Under the pieces are notes generated by a model. It was not told where the DNA came from. It searched no databases and was given only the letters and a program-made list of their open reading frames with translations. This document shows positions 45,073 to 53,808 of a stretch of 64,000 nucleotides of DNA, piece by piece. The stretch is taken from IMG/VR virus record IMGVR_UViG_3300028536_000015, positions 1 through 64,000 of that record; one strand, written 5' to 3'. This DNA comes from a virus. Both the position numbers and the translations under genes were made by a program. Positions within the stretch are counted from its first letter, which is position 1. Every line of letters begins with the position of its first letter.

Positions 45073-46896
45073 TTAGATGCTACTTCCTTCCGACCTTTCA
45101 CGGTCGAAAGCCGTCATAAGGCCAATAACCCTTCGTAAGACTGCGGTATCGACCTTCTTGTTTTCGGACTTTGCCAACGTCTGGCTCAGCCTGATGGCGT
45201 TCTTGATCTGGCGACCATTGATGTCGAGCGGGATAAGCTGGGCAACGTCGATGCCCGTGATGCCCGCGCTCTCCAACAGGTTATTCCAGATTTTCTCTCG
45301 CTTGTCATCCGCACCCTTCGTAAAGTGCAGCGCCACCGAAATACGCGAATAGAACGCAGTGTCGATGTTCTTGACGCGGTTGGTGGTCAGGAACAAAACA
45401 CCATGATGGTATTCGAGTAGTCTGAGGAACACACCGACCATGGCATTGCGCGTGATATCGTGCTCGTCCCTGGCCTCCAGGTAAATATCCGCCTCATCGA
45501 GGAGGATCACCGCGTTCCATACCGTAGCAACGTCTAGGATGACCCGTAGGCGCTCTTCGAGCTGGTCGGGCGTCACCCCTAGCTCTCCGACCGAAATCGC
45601 ATACAGGGGCCTCTTAAGCAGTTCTGCGATGGTCTCAGCCGTCAGGGTCTTGCCTTGGCCGGGCGGACCATGCAGCAGGAAGATGCAACCGCCGCCCTTG
45701 CCCTCGATCAGGTCCGAGAAGGAACCGTCGTTGTGTTCGACCAGCGCCCGCACCAGCTTCTTCTCGTCGTCGGCCAGCACCAGCTTATCAAAACTATCTG
45801 ACCGCCATGCGATTTCCGACAATCCCTTGATCGCCATCCGGCCCCAGCGCTTGGCTCTGAAACTAAAACCATAGACATAAGGGAAGGTTCTCCAGAGATC
45901 GTTTTCCGTGGGCGTATAGGCGACAACCTTGTGAACCGCGTTATCCCCGTCACGAACGCCAGCCAAATGGGTACTTCGCATTTCGCTGGTGAACTGATCG
46001 TTATCCACGCGCTTGAACGAATGAACGTCGATCATCACGCGGCCATCTGCGCGGAACGTCTCGTTGCTCCACCAGCTAGAACGCGTGAGCTGTCCAGTGT
46101 ACGAAAGATACGTCGCACCTTTCGCGCACTTGACGTAGAGCTTGCCGTATTCCGAAAGCTTTTTCTTCACTTCCGGCGTGACTGTCTTGATGTGAAGGTC
46201 CTCGATCTTTTTGAGACCTTCGTAGGAGCCCAGCGACGCAACATATTTTCCGGGAACCAAATCACCCTGCACCGCGTGGATGATATCCATGGTGACGGCC
46301 AGAAACTGACTGCCAAACCAAGTCGATTGGACGCCGGCATTTGAAACAACCCCGGCAATGGTGTTGCCGTCGTCGTCGCTGAAGTAGACTTCCTTGCCGG
46401 TCGAAAAGTAAAACGGCAGATCGTCAAAAGCAACGGCGCCTTGGAGAACCTGACGTGCGACCGCTTCTTCGATATCCTTGATCCTGGTTTCCAGGACTTT
46501 CAGGATCATCGCGATCTCTGCCGACTGGTTTTCGATGCCAATCGGATCACCCTCGTCATCCGTGGGCCCCCAGTGATAACCATATTGGGAAAGTCCGGGA
46601 ACCCACTTGTTCTTGGTCCGAGCCAATTCACCCAACGGAAACACGCTGTTCATGCGGCTCATGCGGGCATGACCGAAAACATCCTGAAGCTGGCGAGTAA
46701 ACGCTGCGTTGAAGTGCTTATTGGGAGAACGCGAGAAGTCCAGGAACTCCTCACCAAACTTATCTCGCTCGAAAGAGAAAAAATCGGCGAGGTTATTTTT
46801 CGCGAGCAGTTCCTTGACGCCCTTGGGGGTCAGAAGCTGGTCGGTCTTGACCGCCTCGCTGAGATAAGCGGCGGCGGTGGTTTCTTTTGGTGTCAT
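45073..46896 (-). CDS. AAA+ ATPase of the family expanded in filamentous fungi
   Basis: DLIEGKGGGCIFLLHGPPGQGKTLTAE, LLDEAD and FLRLLEYHHGVLFLTTNR. Confidence 0.85.
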   Translation of the reverse strand: MTPKETTAAAYLSEAVKTDQLLTPKGVKELLAKNNLADFFSFERDKFGEEFLDFSRSPNKHFNAAFTRQLQDVFGHARMSRMNSVFPLGELARTKNKWVPGLSQYGYHWGPTDDEGDPIGIENQSAEIAMILKVLETRIKDIEEAVARQVLQGAVAFDDLPFYFSTGKEVYFSDDDGNTIAGVVSNAGVQSTWFGSQFLAVTMDIIHAVQGDLVPGKYVASLGSYEGLKKIEDLHIKTVTPEVKKKLSEYGKLYVKCAKGATYLSYTGQLTRSSWWSNETFRADGRVMIDVHSFKRVDNDQFTSEMRSTHLAGVRDGDNAVHKVVAYTPTENDLWRTFPYVYGFSFRAKRWGRMAIKGLSEIAWRSDSFDKLVLADDEKKLVRALVEHNDGSFSDLIEGKGGGCIFLLHGPPGQGKTLTAETIAELLKRPLYAISVGELGVTPDQLEERLRVILDVATVWNAVILLDEADIYLEARDEHDITRNAMVGVFLRLLEYHHGVLFLTTNRVKNIDTAFYSRISVALHFTKGADDKREKIWNNLLESAGITGIDVAQLIPLDINGRQIKNAIRLSQTLAKSENKKVDTAVLRRVIGLMTAFDRERSEGSSI

Positions 46897-46950
46897 GTTG
46901 TTTCCCTCTGGTTACTCAAGAGTACCCAAGTTGGGTCAGGCTTTGCGGCT

Positions 46951-47139
46951 TTACAAGTCCTCGAATGGATTTTTTTCCAGCCTTTCCTCGATCCGCTTAA
47001 CGATATCTCCCAATTGCTGCCATTCCCATTCGTCGGCAATATCGATGCCGGTGGATTTTTTGAACGCGCGCTCATTGTCTACGATTTCGTCTAGCGTGGC
47101 TTTCGTAGAGCGCCGTATGAAATCTTTGTAGTCCGTCAT
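46951..47139 (-). CDS. Hypothetical protein
   Basis: ATGA overlap with the helicase. Confidence 0.55.
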   Translation of the reverse strand: MTDYKDFIRRSTKATLDEIVDNERAFKKSTGIDIADEWEWQQLGDIVKRIEERLEKNPFEDL

Positions 47140-47981
47140 AGGATTTGGCCGCCTCCAACTTGTTCCCTGAAAACCCCAGTCTGCGGATCAACAAGAAAAA
47201 TGCAGTGACCGAGATGTCCTGCTTGAGGCTGTTGGCGCACCTTCGCGCTGAATACTATAGTATCTAGAGGATTGCGTTTAACGATAAGTCCATTATCGCA
47301 CTTATTGAACCAGTTCATAGAACCTTCGATATCCGCGAGTGTTACTTCGCGACCATTTGCGGCCTTTGTAGGGTGCGCAACCATAAACACCGTACATCCA
47401 GTAGTTTTAGCAAACATCTTCACGCGCATCAAGCAACGACCAATGTAATCCGTGAGAAGTTCGTCCTTTTGCTTTGCGCGTTCCAATTCATTCCAAGGAT
47501 CGATCATCACAAAATCTATTTTATCTTTCTGCCAAGATGTATAAGCCCTCTCTAAAATCCATTCGATATCACGAGGATCATCATTGTAATGTTCGTAGTT
47601 AGATGATTGCACAAAACACATCTGGCTTGCGAATTTGCTGAATTCATTTTTGCTCGCAAACAATCCTTCCATTTTTTCTACAATATTTATCTCATTCTCT
47701 GGAATATAAAGCCACGAACGTTTACCGCCATTCGCTGGATTAGTGCAGAGACGGATAAGCAGGTTATACAAGAACGTGCTCTTGCCGCTCCCGGCACTGC
47801 CAGTAACGACGACAAGTTGGGTTGGGTAGATTTTTAGAATTTTATCCATCTCATCCCAGCCTGTGGACATCGCATCCTTGAGGATGTTGGCTTGGTCAGG
47901 CAGATCGCTGAGCGCGTAATAGCCAGGGAGAGCATGGCGCGGAAACGGAACGGTAGTGCCAAACGGGATGGTCGTGTTCAT
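47136..47981 (-). CDS. SF4 (DnaB/Twinkle-like) helicase domain
   Basis: TGSAGSGKS, IDPWNEL, VAHPTK and GSMNWFNKCD. Confidence 0.85.
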   Translation of the reverse strand: MNTTIPFGTTVPFPRHALPGYYALSDLPDQANILKDAMSTGWDEMDKILKIYPTQLVVVTGSAGSGKSTFLYNLLIRLCTNPANGGKRSWLYIPENEINIVEKMEGLFASKNEFSKFASQMCFVQSSNYEHYNDDPRDIEWILERAYTSWQKDKIDFVMIDPWNELERAKQKDELLTDYIGRCLMRVKMFAKTTGCTVFMVAHPTKAANGREVTLADIEGSMNWFNKCDNGLIVKRNPLDTIVFSAKVRQQPQAGHLGHCIFLVDPQTGVFREQVGGGQIL

Positions 47982-48598
47982 GCGAGATGTTTCCTGACGT
48001 CATAGGAGGGGGGGGCAGTAGGGAGGCGGTAATCGGATGAGGGCTGGTCTTCCCAGCGCCGCTTGTTCAGCCATGTGGCCGGCAGTGGCACGTACTGGAC
48101 CTCGTCGGAGAATGTGAATTTTTTAAGGCCGGTCACAATTGTTTCGAGCGGAACTTTTTCTTTCATCGCCCTCGAAAAAGCTTTGAACGCATCGGGCTTG
48201 GCGGCCTTCCTGGGATACAGGTTCCAGAACGTTTCAAAATCTGTGGTATAATCTTTCTTACTTTCTTTCTTTCTTCCTATTACTCTCTTACTATATATAT
48301 CCTCGTTTTTTGAGAACGTTACAGAAACGCCGTTTTCATGTGTTAAATCAACACTGTTCGTCAGAATGACGCTGTTTACGGATTTCGCGTTTTCATGTGT
48401 TAAATCAATGCCATTCGTCATTCTGACGTTTGAAGCGTCATTCTGACGTTTTACGCGGTGGTAACGGCGCTGTCTTTCGCAATGCAGCATGCGACTGCGT
48501 TCCTCTTTCGCTTGCTCCTCGGCAAGACGCAAAAGTTCCATTTTCATGTCGTCGGGGGACAGTTTGGCAATACGAAATAGTTTATCCGAAATGCCCAT
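47978..48598 (-). CDS. Replication initiator protein
   Basis: FETFWNLYPRK..K ... PATWLNKRRWED; internal iterons; may start at 48625. Confidence 0.8.
   Translation of the reverse strand: MGISDKLFRIAKLSPDDMKMELLRLAEEQAKEERSRMLHCERQRRYHRVKRQNDASNVRMTNGIDLTHENAKSVNSVILTNSVDLTHENGVSVTFSKNEDIYSKRVIGRKKESKKDYTTDFETFWNLYPRKAAKPDAFKAFSRAMKEKVPLETIVTGLKKFTFSDEVQYVPLPATWLNKRRWEDQPSSDYRLPTAPPSYDVRKHLA
48250..48448. repeat. Putative origin: iterons plus AT-rich tract inside rep
   Basis: CGTTTTCATGTGTTAAATCAA at 48331 and 48388; CGTCATTCTGACG at 48416 and 48436, inverted at 48359; AT-rich 48250-48300. Confidence 0.65.
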
Positions 48599-48602
48599 GC
48601 GT

Positions 48603-48656
48603 TCAACGCATGCCTTGCGGAACACAAGCAGATGCTATATGTTGGGATTTGGTCAT
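48603..48656 (-). CDS. Putative 17-aa leader peptide upstream of rep
   Basis: GAGGA RBS; MTKSQHIASACVPQGMR; stops 4 nt before the rep ATG. Confidence 0.4.
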   Translation of the reverse strand: MTKSQHIASACVPQGMR

Positions 48657-48735
48657 TGGCGCAGGTCCTCAGAAGTTGCGACTGTGGCTTTTAGGCCCCG
48701 GTGTGCGTTCCCTCTCGCACCGGGGCCGTTCTATT
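48650..48735 (+). ncRNA. Candidate counter-transcribed antisense RNA
   Basis: TTGCGG-N17-TATGTT upstream; two hairpins with GUCCUC and UUCCCUCU loops. Confidence 0.35.
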
Positions 48736-48765
48736 CTGCATAGCTGCTATGCGCTGTCAATGCCA

Positions 48766-49329
48766 CTAGCACTGGTAGCTCGAACCAGACCACTGCATAG
48801 CCATAGCTTCGGCTATGCCTTGATACGTTCGCGATCTAAATCGCCATCGATCCGGACCAGGGCTGGCAAAATGAACCTTTGGTTCCCTGCCGTCCACGAT
48901 GTTCGTTGGAACTAAGTCGGGAAGATTTTTTAACCATAGGCAAGTAGCCTTGGTTTCTCCATGGCCATATTGCCAAGGTTGTATTATTTGATTCGGTTTC
49001 CTTATTCTCGAACTAATAATCGATATTGGATTTTCCAAGGCTATAAACTCGATTGGAGAGTCAAGCAGTTTTCTTACAAAATCAATGGCTTGATCTTGTT
49101 CGTCCCCTTTATTCTTGAACCAGCGCGCGCCTGATACGGCGAGATGTGTACAAGGAGGATGGGCAATCATCATATCCCATCCATGATTAAGATACTTAAG
49201 CACATCGTCTTGAATATGTGGTCCAACTCGCTCGCTTGGCAGTAGATCGCAGCTTACTGCTTCATGCCCTTGTTTTATGAAGGCATCCCGCACTATTCCG
49301 CTGAATTCACAAGCAATTAGAATTTTCAT
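48766..49329 (-). CDS. Phage DNA cytosine methyltransferase (short type)
   Basis: ILIACEFSG, AHPPCT, LENP and RSRTYQGIA. Confidence 0.85.
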   Translation of the reverse strand: MKILIACEFSGIVRDAFIKQGHEAVSCDLLPSERVGPHIQDDVLKYLNHGWDMMIAHPPCTHLAVSGARWFKNKGDEQDQAIDFVRKLLDSPIEFIALENPISIISSRIRKPNQIIQPWQYGHGETKATCLWLKNLPDLVPTNIVDGREPKVHFASPGPDRWRFRSRTYQGIAEAMAMQWSGSSYQC

Positions 49330-49693
49330 TCTTAGCAGCAGCTCTGATGGTTACCCGACAATCCACATCTAGTTTTTCATCCCAGAGCATTAGAATCTTC
49401 CTGCAAAGCCGATCGTTCTCGATCAAGCCATGCGCCTGAAGAAGGTCTGGGATGGCTTTAAGGAAATTATCGAGATCGGCCGCTGGCTGGCGTGGCCTCA
49501 GCCTCACAATGAGGCTGTACGGGCCTGGGATGGCCCTCAGGAGGAGTTGCGGTCTCTGGCTGATGATGTGCAGGCCGGCTTGCTTAATCCATCCTAGGTA
49601 CACTGGAGAGCGATGGACGCGCCCCCAGTGAGATCGCCACATGCGGTTGACGCTTGGAGGTTGAGGCAGGGTCAGGGTGATGGAACTTTTCAT
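49307..49693 (-). CDS. rusA: RusA family Holliday junction resolvase
   Basis: PPSVN, DLDNFLK and IEND. Confidence 0.85.
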   Translation of the reverse strand: MKSSITLTLPQPPSVNRMWRSHWGRVHRSPVYLGWIKQAGLHIISQRPQLLLRAIPGPYSLIVRLRPRQPAADLDNFLKAIPDLLQAHGLIENDRLCRKILMLWDEKLDVDCRVTIRAAAKNENSNCL

Positions 49694-49722
49694 GGGATTA
49701 ACGACTTGTAACCAAGCAAGGA

Positions 49723-49977
49723 GTGAACGCCATGGGATGCTTCACGCTAAGTTGGCTGGAGGCCATGCTGATCTGGCTGATTATCGCCAGCGCCGTGGTT
49801 GCGATCCTCAGACTGCTCATTCCTTGGATCACCTCGATTACGTTTCCCATCGTAGGTCAGGTGCTGGAGATTATCCTCTGGGCTGTCCTGGCCATCATCG
49901 CGGTCTATATCATCTTTGCCCTCTTGAGCTGCCTGATCGGTATGGGAGGTGGCCTACACTTTCCCCCCATCCGATAG
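49723..49977 (+). CDS. Small membrane protein (2 TM)
   Basis: AAGGAG RBS; hydrophobic; lone gene on the opposite strand. Confidence 0.6.
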   Translation: MNAMGCFTLSWLEAMLIWLIIASAVVAILRLLIPWITSITFPIVGQVLEIILWAVLAIIAVYIIFALLSCLIGMGGGLHFPPIR

Positions 49978-50043
49978 TCAGGTCGATCCTTTACCGCCGT
50001 ATCCTCCAGCGCCGCCAGATATTTGTAAATCGTGTTAAGCTTG

Positions 50044-50568
50044 TTAGCGCCTAACGCGATACTCCGCCGGGCGGTAATAGATTGCCGCATGCGCCGCACA
50101 AAAAGATTTATTAGGGCCTTCGACTGGGTTCCCGCAATATGTAGCAAGATTATAGCGGTTGCCGTCCTTAATAATCGCGTGGCACGTCTGGCTGGTCAGC
50201 TCGACAATCTGGATACCGGGATTGTCGGGATCAAGCATCCTGGTAGGGATATGCGTCGGAAGCTTGGTTTGACGCTGTTTACGCAAAACCAAGGGCGCAA
50301 GAGTGTGCGTGGCGGGAACAACAATCCGCTTGCGGGGCTGGCTCTGTCTTGCCTTTGGGGAATTACCCCGAGGCGGTTGTTTGATGTTCATTCGGAATGC
50401 CTTACCGATAACTGCGTTCCGGGTAATAGCGTACCCTTCACTTCTTAGTCTGCATGCGATCTCTGTTGAGGTCTTTCCGTTTTCCCACATGTCAGTAAGA
50501 GTTTTTACGTTTTCGTCGTTCCATGGAGTAGTCCCATAAAATCTACCGCAGCCCTTTTTTAGCGCCAT
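50044..50568 (-). CDS. gcrA: GcrA-like cell-cycle regulator
   Basis: W...LTDMWENG..EIA..ITRNAVIGK; ELTSQTC ... YCG ... FCAAH. Confidence 0.85.
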   Translation of the reverse strand: MALKKGCGRFYGTTPWNDENVKTLTDMWENGKTSTEIACRLRSEGYAITRNAVIGKAFRMNIKQPPRGNSPKARQSQPRKRIVVPATHTLAPLVLRKQRQTKLPTHIPTRMLDPDNPGIQIVELTSQTCHAIIKDGNRYNLATYCGNPVEGPNKSFCAAHAAIYYRPAEYRVRR

Positions 50569-50766
50569 CTAACTTACCCAATCATTTGGTTGAACGGCGC
50601 CATCTGTGAACTCTCTGATCCTAGCTTGCATCGCCGGTCTCGGCGTTCTACCGTCTTTTTGGCCGCAGCGTAACCACTTCTTTACGGTGTGAGGAGAAAC
50701 CTCAAGTTTCTTTGCTATCGCGAGGATATCAAAGCTTTTTTGATGCATCCATTGTCTCAAAAGCAC
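50569..50766 (-). CDS. Cro-like HTH protein
   Basis: IAKKLEVSPHTVKKW...P....RIREFTDGAVQPND. Confidence 0.7.
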   Translation of the reverse strand: MLLRQWMHQKSFDILAIAKKLEVSPHTVKKWLRCGQKDGRTPRPAMQARIREFTDGAVQPNDWVS

Positions 50767-50797
50767 TGATGTTCTCCAAGGTTAAACCTTGCCTTAT

Positions 50798-50867
50798 TAG
50801 TTAACAAACAAAAATTTCCATGTCAACCCAAAATGTGCTTGACTGTGTAAAACACAAATAGTATCTT
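50798..50867. promoter_or_regulatory. Back-to-back sigma70-like promoters
   Basis: Plus: TTGACT (50839), N17, TATCTT; minus: TTGACA (50826), N17, TAACTA. Confidence 0.65.
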
Positions 50868-50897
50868 CTGGGTTGATCGAGGTTCCTTAGCAAAAGG

Positions 50898-51359
50898 ATG
50901 GAAATTGAAATGATGAGAAGTGTTAGGAAGATCGAGGGCCTTCCGATTGCAGATGCATCCAATCGCATTGTGATCGAAATCAGCCGTCAAGATATCTCAT
51001 CTGGAATGAACAAAGACCCTTCGGCATGTGCCGCTGCTAAAGCCTGCTTACGGCAAATTCCCAAGTGTACTGCGGTCCGTGTTTATAAGAGCCGCACTTT
51101 CCTGAAGATGGGAAAAAGATGGCTGCGGTATCACACTCCACTTGGAATGCGGACCGAGATCGTTGCGTTTGATCGCGGTGCGAACTTTCTCCCAGGTGTT
51201 TATGTTTTGACGCCATTACAGCCATCGCATAAAGCGACGGGAAAGTCGCTTAGCAAAACTCCAGCACCACCCAAAAAGAAGAAACCTGACGGCGGCAAAG
51301 GCAAGAAACGCAGACCGTATCACGTCATCGAGGGCGTGAGGGAATTCAACAAAGGATAA
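50898..51359 (+). CDS. Hypothetical basic protein
   Basis: CAAAKAC ... RY..P...EIVAFDRG. Confidence 0.65.
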   Translation: MEIEMMRSVRKIEGLPIADASNRIVIEISRQDISSGMNKDPSACAAAKACLRQIPKCTAVRVYKSRTFLKMGKRWLRYHTPLGMRTEIVAFDRGANFLPGVYVLTPLQPSHKATGKSLSKTPAPPKKKKPDGGKGKKRRPYHVIEGVREFNKG

Positions 51360-51390
51360 CTAATCTATCCTAAATACAGAGGGAAATCAC

Positions 51391-52548
51391 ATGGCAAAGA
51401 CAGAGCGAGAAATCATCGCTGTCCGTCTTCAGAATGCTGCGCTTGACGACAAAGACAAGGATACGATCGTCGCGCACGGCTGGCTTGATCTATCTGCCCT
51501 GCTTGAATTGAGGGTAGGAGACTATCAGCGAGAAGTCCTTGAGACCCACAAGTCCAAGAAGTCCAAACTATACACGGCGATCGAAAACGGCGAACGCATT
51601 CCCGATATCACATTGGGTATGCGCGGTCAGCGTTTTACAACGCGCGCCGGAACCTTCTATCTGGAGGATGATGTTTACATCATCGATGGCCTCCAGCGTG
51701 TCAGCAATCTTCGTAAGTTTGCCGTTCAGTATCCTGACCGGATAGATGAAATCAGGATCGGCGCGGAAGTGCGTTTTAATACCAATCGTGAAAGCGAAAA
51801 AGCGCTGTTCACGGCGATGAACCTGAACCGTACTGCCATGTCACCCAATGTGATCTTGCGCAATGCGCGCGAGGAGAGCAATGGGTTGCTGACGCTTTAC
51901 GGTCTCTCACATAACGATCCCAGCTTCGTGCTGTATAATCGTGTTTGCTGGAACCAAAAGATGAGCCGCAACGAACTATTGACGGCGCTGAATTACTGTA
52001 AGTCGGCCATCGCTCTACACCGCATCATGGTGTCGGGCCCGACCACTTCCGTCTCTCTTGTGCCTCCGCAGCTTCAGCGCTTGGGCGACGATCTGGGTAT
52101 TCAGGCCATGCGCGAAAACGTCTATCGCTTTTTCGAAGTGATCGATGAAATATGGGGCATCAAGGGCGTCAAATACGTGGACATCAACACCCATCTGCGA
52201 AGCAACTTCCTGAATATCTTGGCGCGGCTGTTTGCCTCACATGAGAATTTCTGGGATGATAAGAAATTGATCGTTGATGCGCGGTGTCGGCAGAAGCTGA
52301 AGTCGTTTCCGCTCGATGATCCGCAAGTCCAGAAGCTGTCTGGCGCCGGTAATGCGGCTTCTGATCTGCTCTATCGGTTGCTGCTGGATCACATGGATAA
52401 AGGCCAGAAAATCAATCGGCTTATCCCGCGCGAAATCCCTGATCTCCGTAGAGGACCTTATGCTAAAAAAGCTCAGGCCCGACGCCGGGAAACCATGCTG
52501 AAGCAAAAAGCAAAAGAGGTAGAGAATGCTTCGAGGAGGAAAAAGTGA
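51391..52548 (+). CDS. DGQHR/ParB-like domain protein
   Basis: YQRE ... YIIDGLQR ... LF..MN. Confidence 0.6.
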   Translation: MAKTEREIIAVRLQNAALDDKDKDTIVAHGWLDLSALLELRVGDYQREVLETHKSKKSKLYTAIENGERIPDITLGMRGQRFTTRAGTFYLEDDVYIIDGLQRVSNLRKFAVQYPDRIDEIRIGAEVRFNTNRESEKALFTAMNLNRTAMSPNVILRNAREESNGLLTLYGLSHNDPSFVLYNRVCWNQKMSRNELLTALNYCKSAIALHRIMVSGPTTSVSLVPPQLQRLGDDLGIQAMRENVYRFFEVIDEIWGIKGVKYVDINTHLRSNFLNILARLFASHENFWDDKKLIVDARCRQKLKSFPLDDPQVQKLSGAGNAASDLLYRLLLDHMDKGQKINRLIPREIPDLRRGPYAKKAQARRRETMLKQKAKEVENASRRKK

Positions 52549-53021
52549 AGAATATCTTCTCGAATCTTTACGCACTTGATGACAAGTGCGTAAAGATGGT
52601 GAATGACGCGTATCTATGGGCGCTAGATTGGACCGGTATCTATGTCGGGACGATCCTACTCATCAATTGCGCGCCGGGCTTTGCGTTCTTATGGTATAAG
52701 TTGCCGGCATGGATGAGCCTGTTCTTTCTTACCTGTGTATTGATCATGGCTTGCCAGATGTACTGGCTGCAAAATTCTGGTAATAAAATCCAGTTCAATG
52801 CTTATGCCGAGATGGTGAGGGGCGCCATGTATAGATGGTGCTTTCTTGGCCTTAATATCGGCTCATTGATGGCTGATATCTTTCTCAATCATCTAACGCT
52901 GTTGCAGGTGTTGGGGGATATTGATGCTATCTTGTTCTGGTACATCATCTGTATCAAGATCAGAGACCGCGAAAAGAAGAAGTTCCTCCTGCCAAAGATG
53001 GCCTATGGCATTAACACCTGA
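52545..53021 (+). CDS. Multi-pass membrane protein
   Basis: Hydrophobic segments; GTGA overlap. Confidence 0.6.
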   Translation: MKNIFSNLYALDDKCVKMVNDAYLWALDWTGIYVGTILLINCAPGFAFLWYKLPAWMSLFFLTCVLIMACQMYWLQNSGNKIQFNAYAEMVRGAMYRWCFLGLNIGSLMADIFLNHLTLLQVLGDIDAILFWYIICIKIRDREKKKFLLPKMAYGINT

Positions 53022-53808
53022 GCAAGTAAAAGCGAGAGCTGGGAAACTAACCGCGTCCCGCGTCGGAGCGCTAGTCAGTGGCGATAAAGAAAAGGTTCTT
53101 GATGTTTGGAAAGAGCTTGTTGGCGACCCTAGTTGGATAGAGCCTGATTTTTCGGATAATTGGCCAGTCCAACTCGGGGAGGCTACTGAAGCTCTCAATT
53201 TGAGATGGTACTCGAAGAGGACCGGCAACATCTTGACTAGACAAGGCGATGTCGTGATACACCCTGATTATGATTGGGCAGCGGCGACCTTGGACGGTTA
53301 TGATGCCGTTCTCGCGTGTCCCGTTGAAACCAAATGCGTTGGCGGGTGGGAAAAAACTGAGACGGTTATCCAGAGATATATGCCTCAGCTTCAATGGCAA
53401 TGTGAGGTGACTCAGTCGAAGAAGTGCGCGATCTCCATCATCGCGGGCTCTGCCGAGCCCTATATCGAGTACATCAAATACGACAAAGATTACGCCGACG
53501 AACTGATGGCGCGCGCGCACCGGTTCATGAATCATGTCTGGATGATGGCGCCGCCCGTTGTTATCGAGAAGGCTGTTCCTGTATATGTTGCGCACGATAA
53601 AATGCGGGAAATAAATGCCTATGGCAACAATACGTTTGCCGCAATGGCGTCACAATATATCGACAATAAGAAGAACGCAGCGGACTTCAAAGAAGCTGAG
53701 ACAAAACTAAAAGAACTGATGCCGCCAGATGCCAAGCGAATGTTTGGCTACTTTCTCCAATTGAAGCGAGCCAAAAATGGAACCATCCGTATTAGCGCCT
53801 TGGATTGA
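53005..53808 (+). CDS. YqaJ/lambda-exonuclease family protein
   Basis: LTAS, ATLDG, VETK and YMPQLQWQ. Confidence 0.85.
   Translation: MALTPEQVKARAGKLTASRVGALVSGDKEKVLDVWKELVGDPSWIEPDFSDNWPVQLGEATEALNLRWYSKRTGNILTRQGDVVIHPDYDWAAATLDGYDAVLACPVETKCVGGWEKTETVIQRYMPQLQWQCEVTQSKKCAISIIAGSAEPYIEYIKYDKDYADELMARAHRFMNHVWMMAPPVVIEKAVPVYVAHDKMREINAYGNNTFAAMASQYIDNKKNAADFKEAETKLKELMPPDAKRMFGYFLQLKRAKNGTIRISALD

Noticed and set aside
50780-50806. CtrA box (TTAA-N7-TTAA)
   Set aside because: The TTAA half-sites do not have the 7-nt spacing.
50569-51359. Lambda-like cI/cro switch
   Set aside because: Divergent promoters and a Cro-like gene are present, but the rightward gene shows no HTH or S24 peptidase motif.
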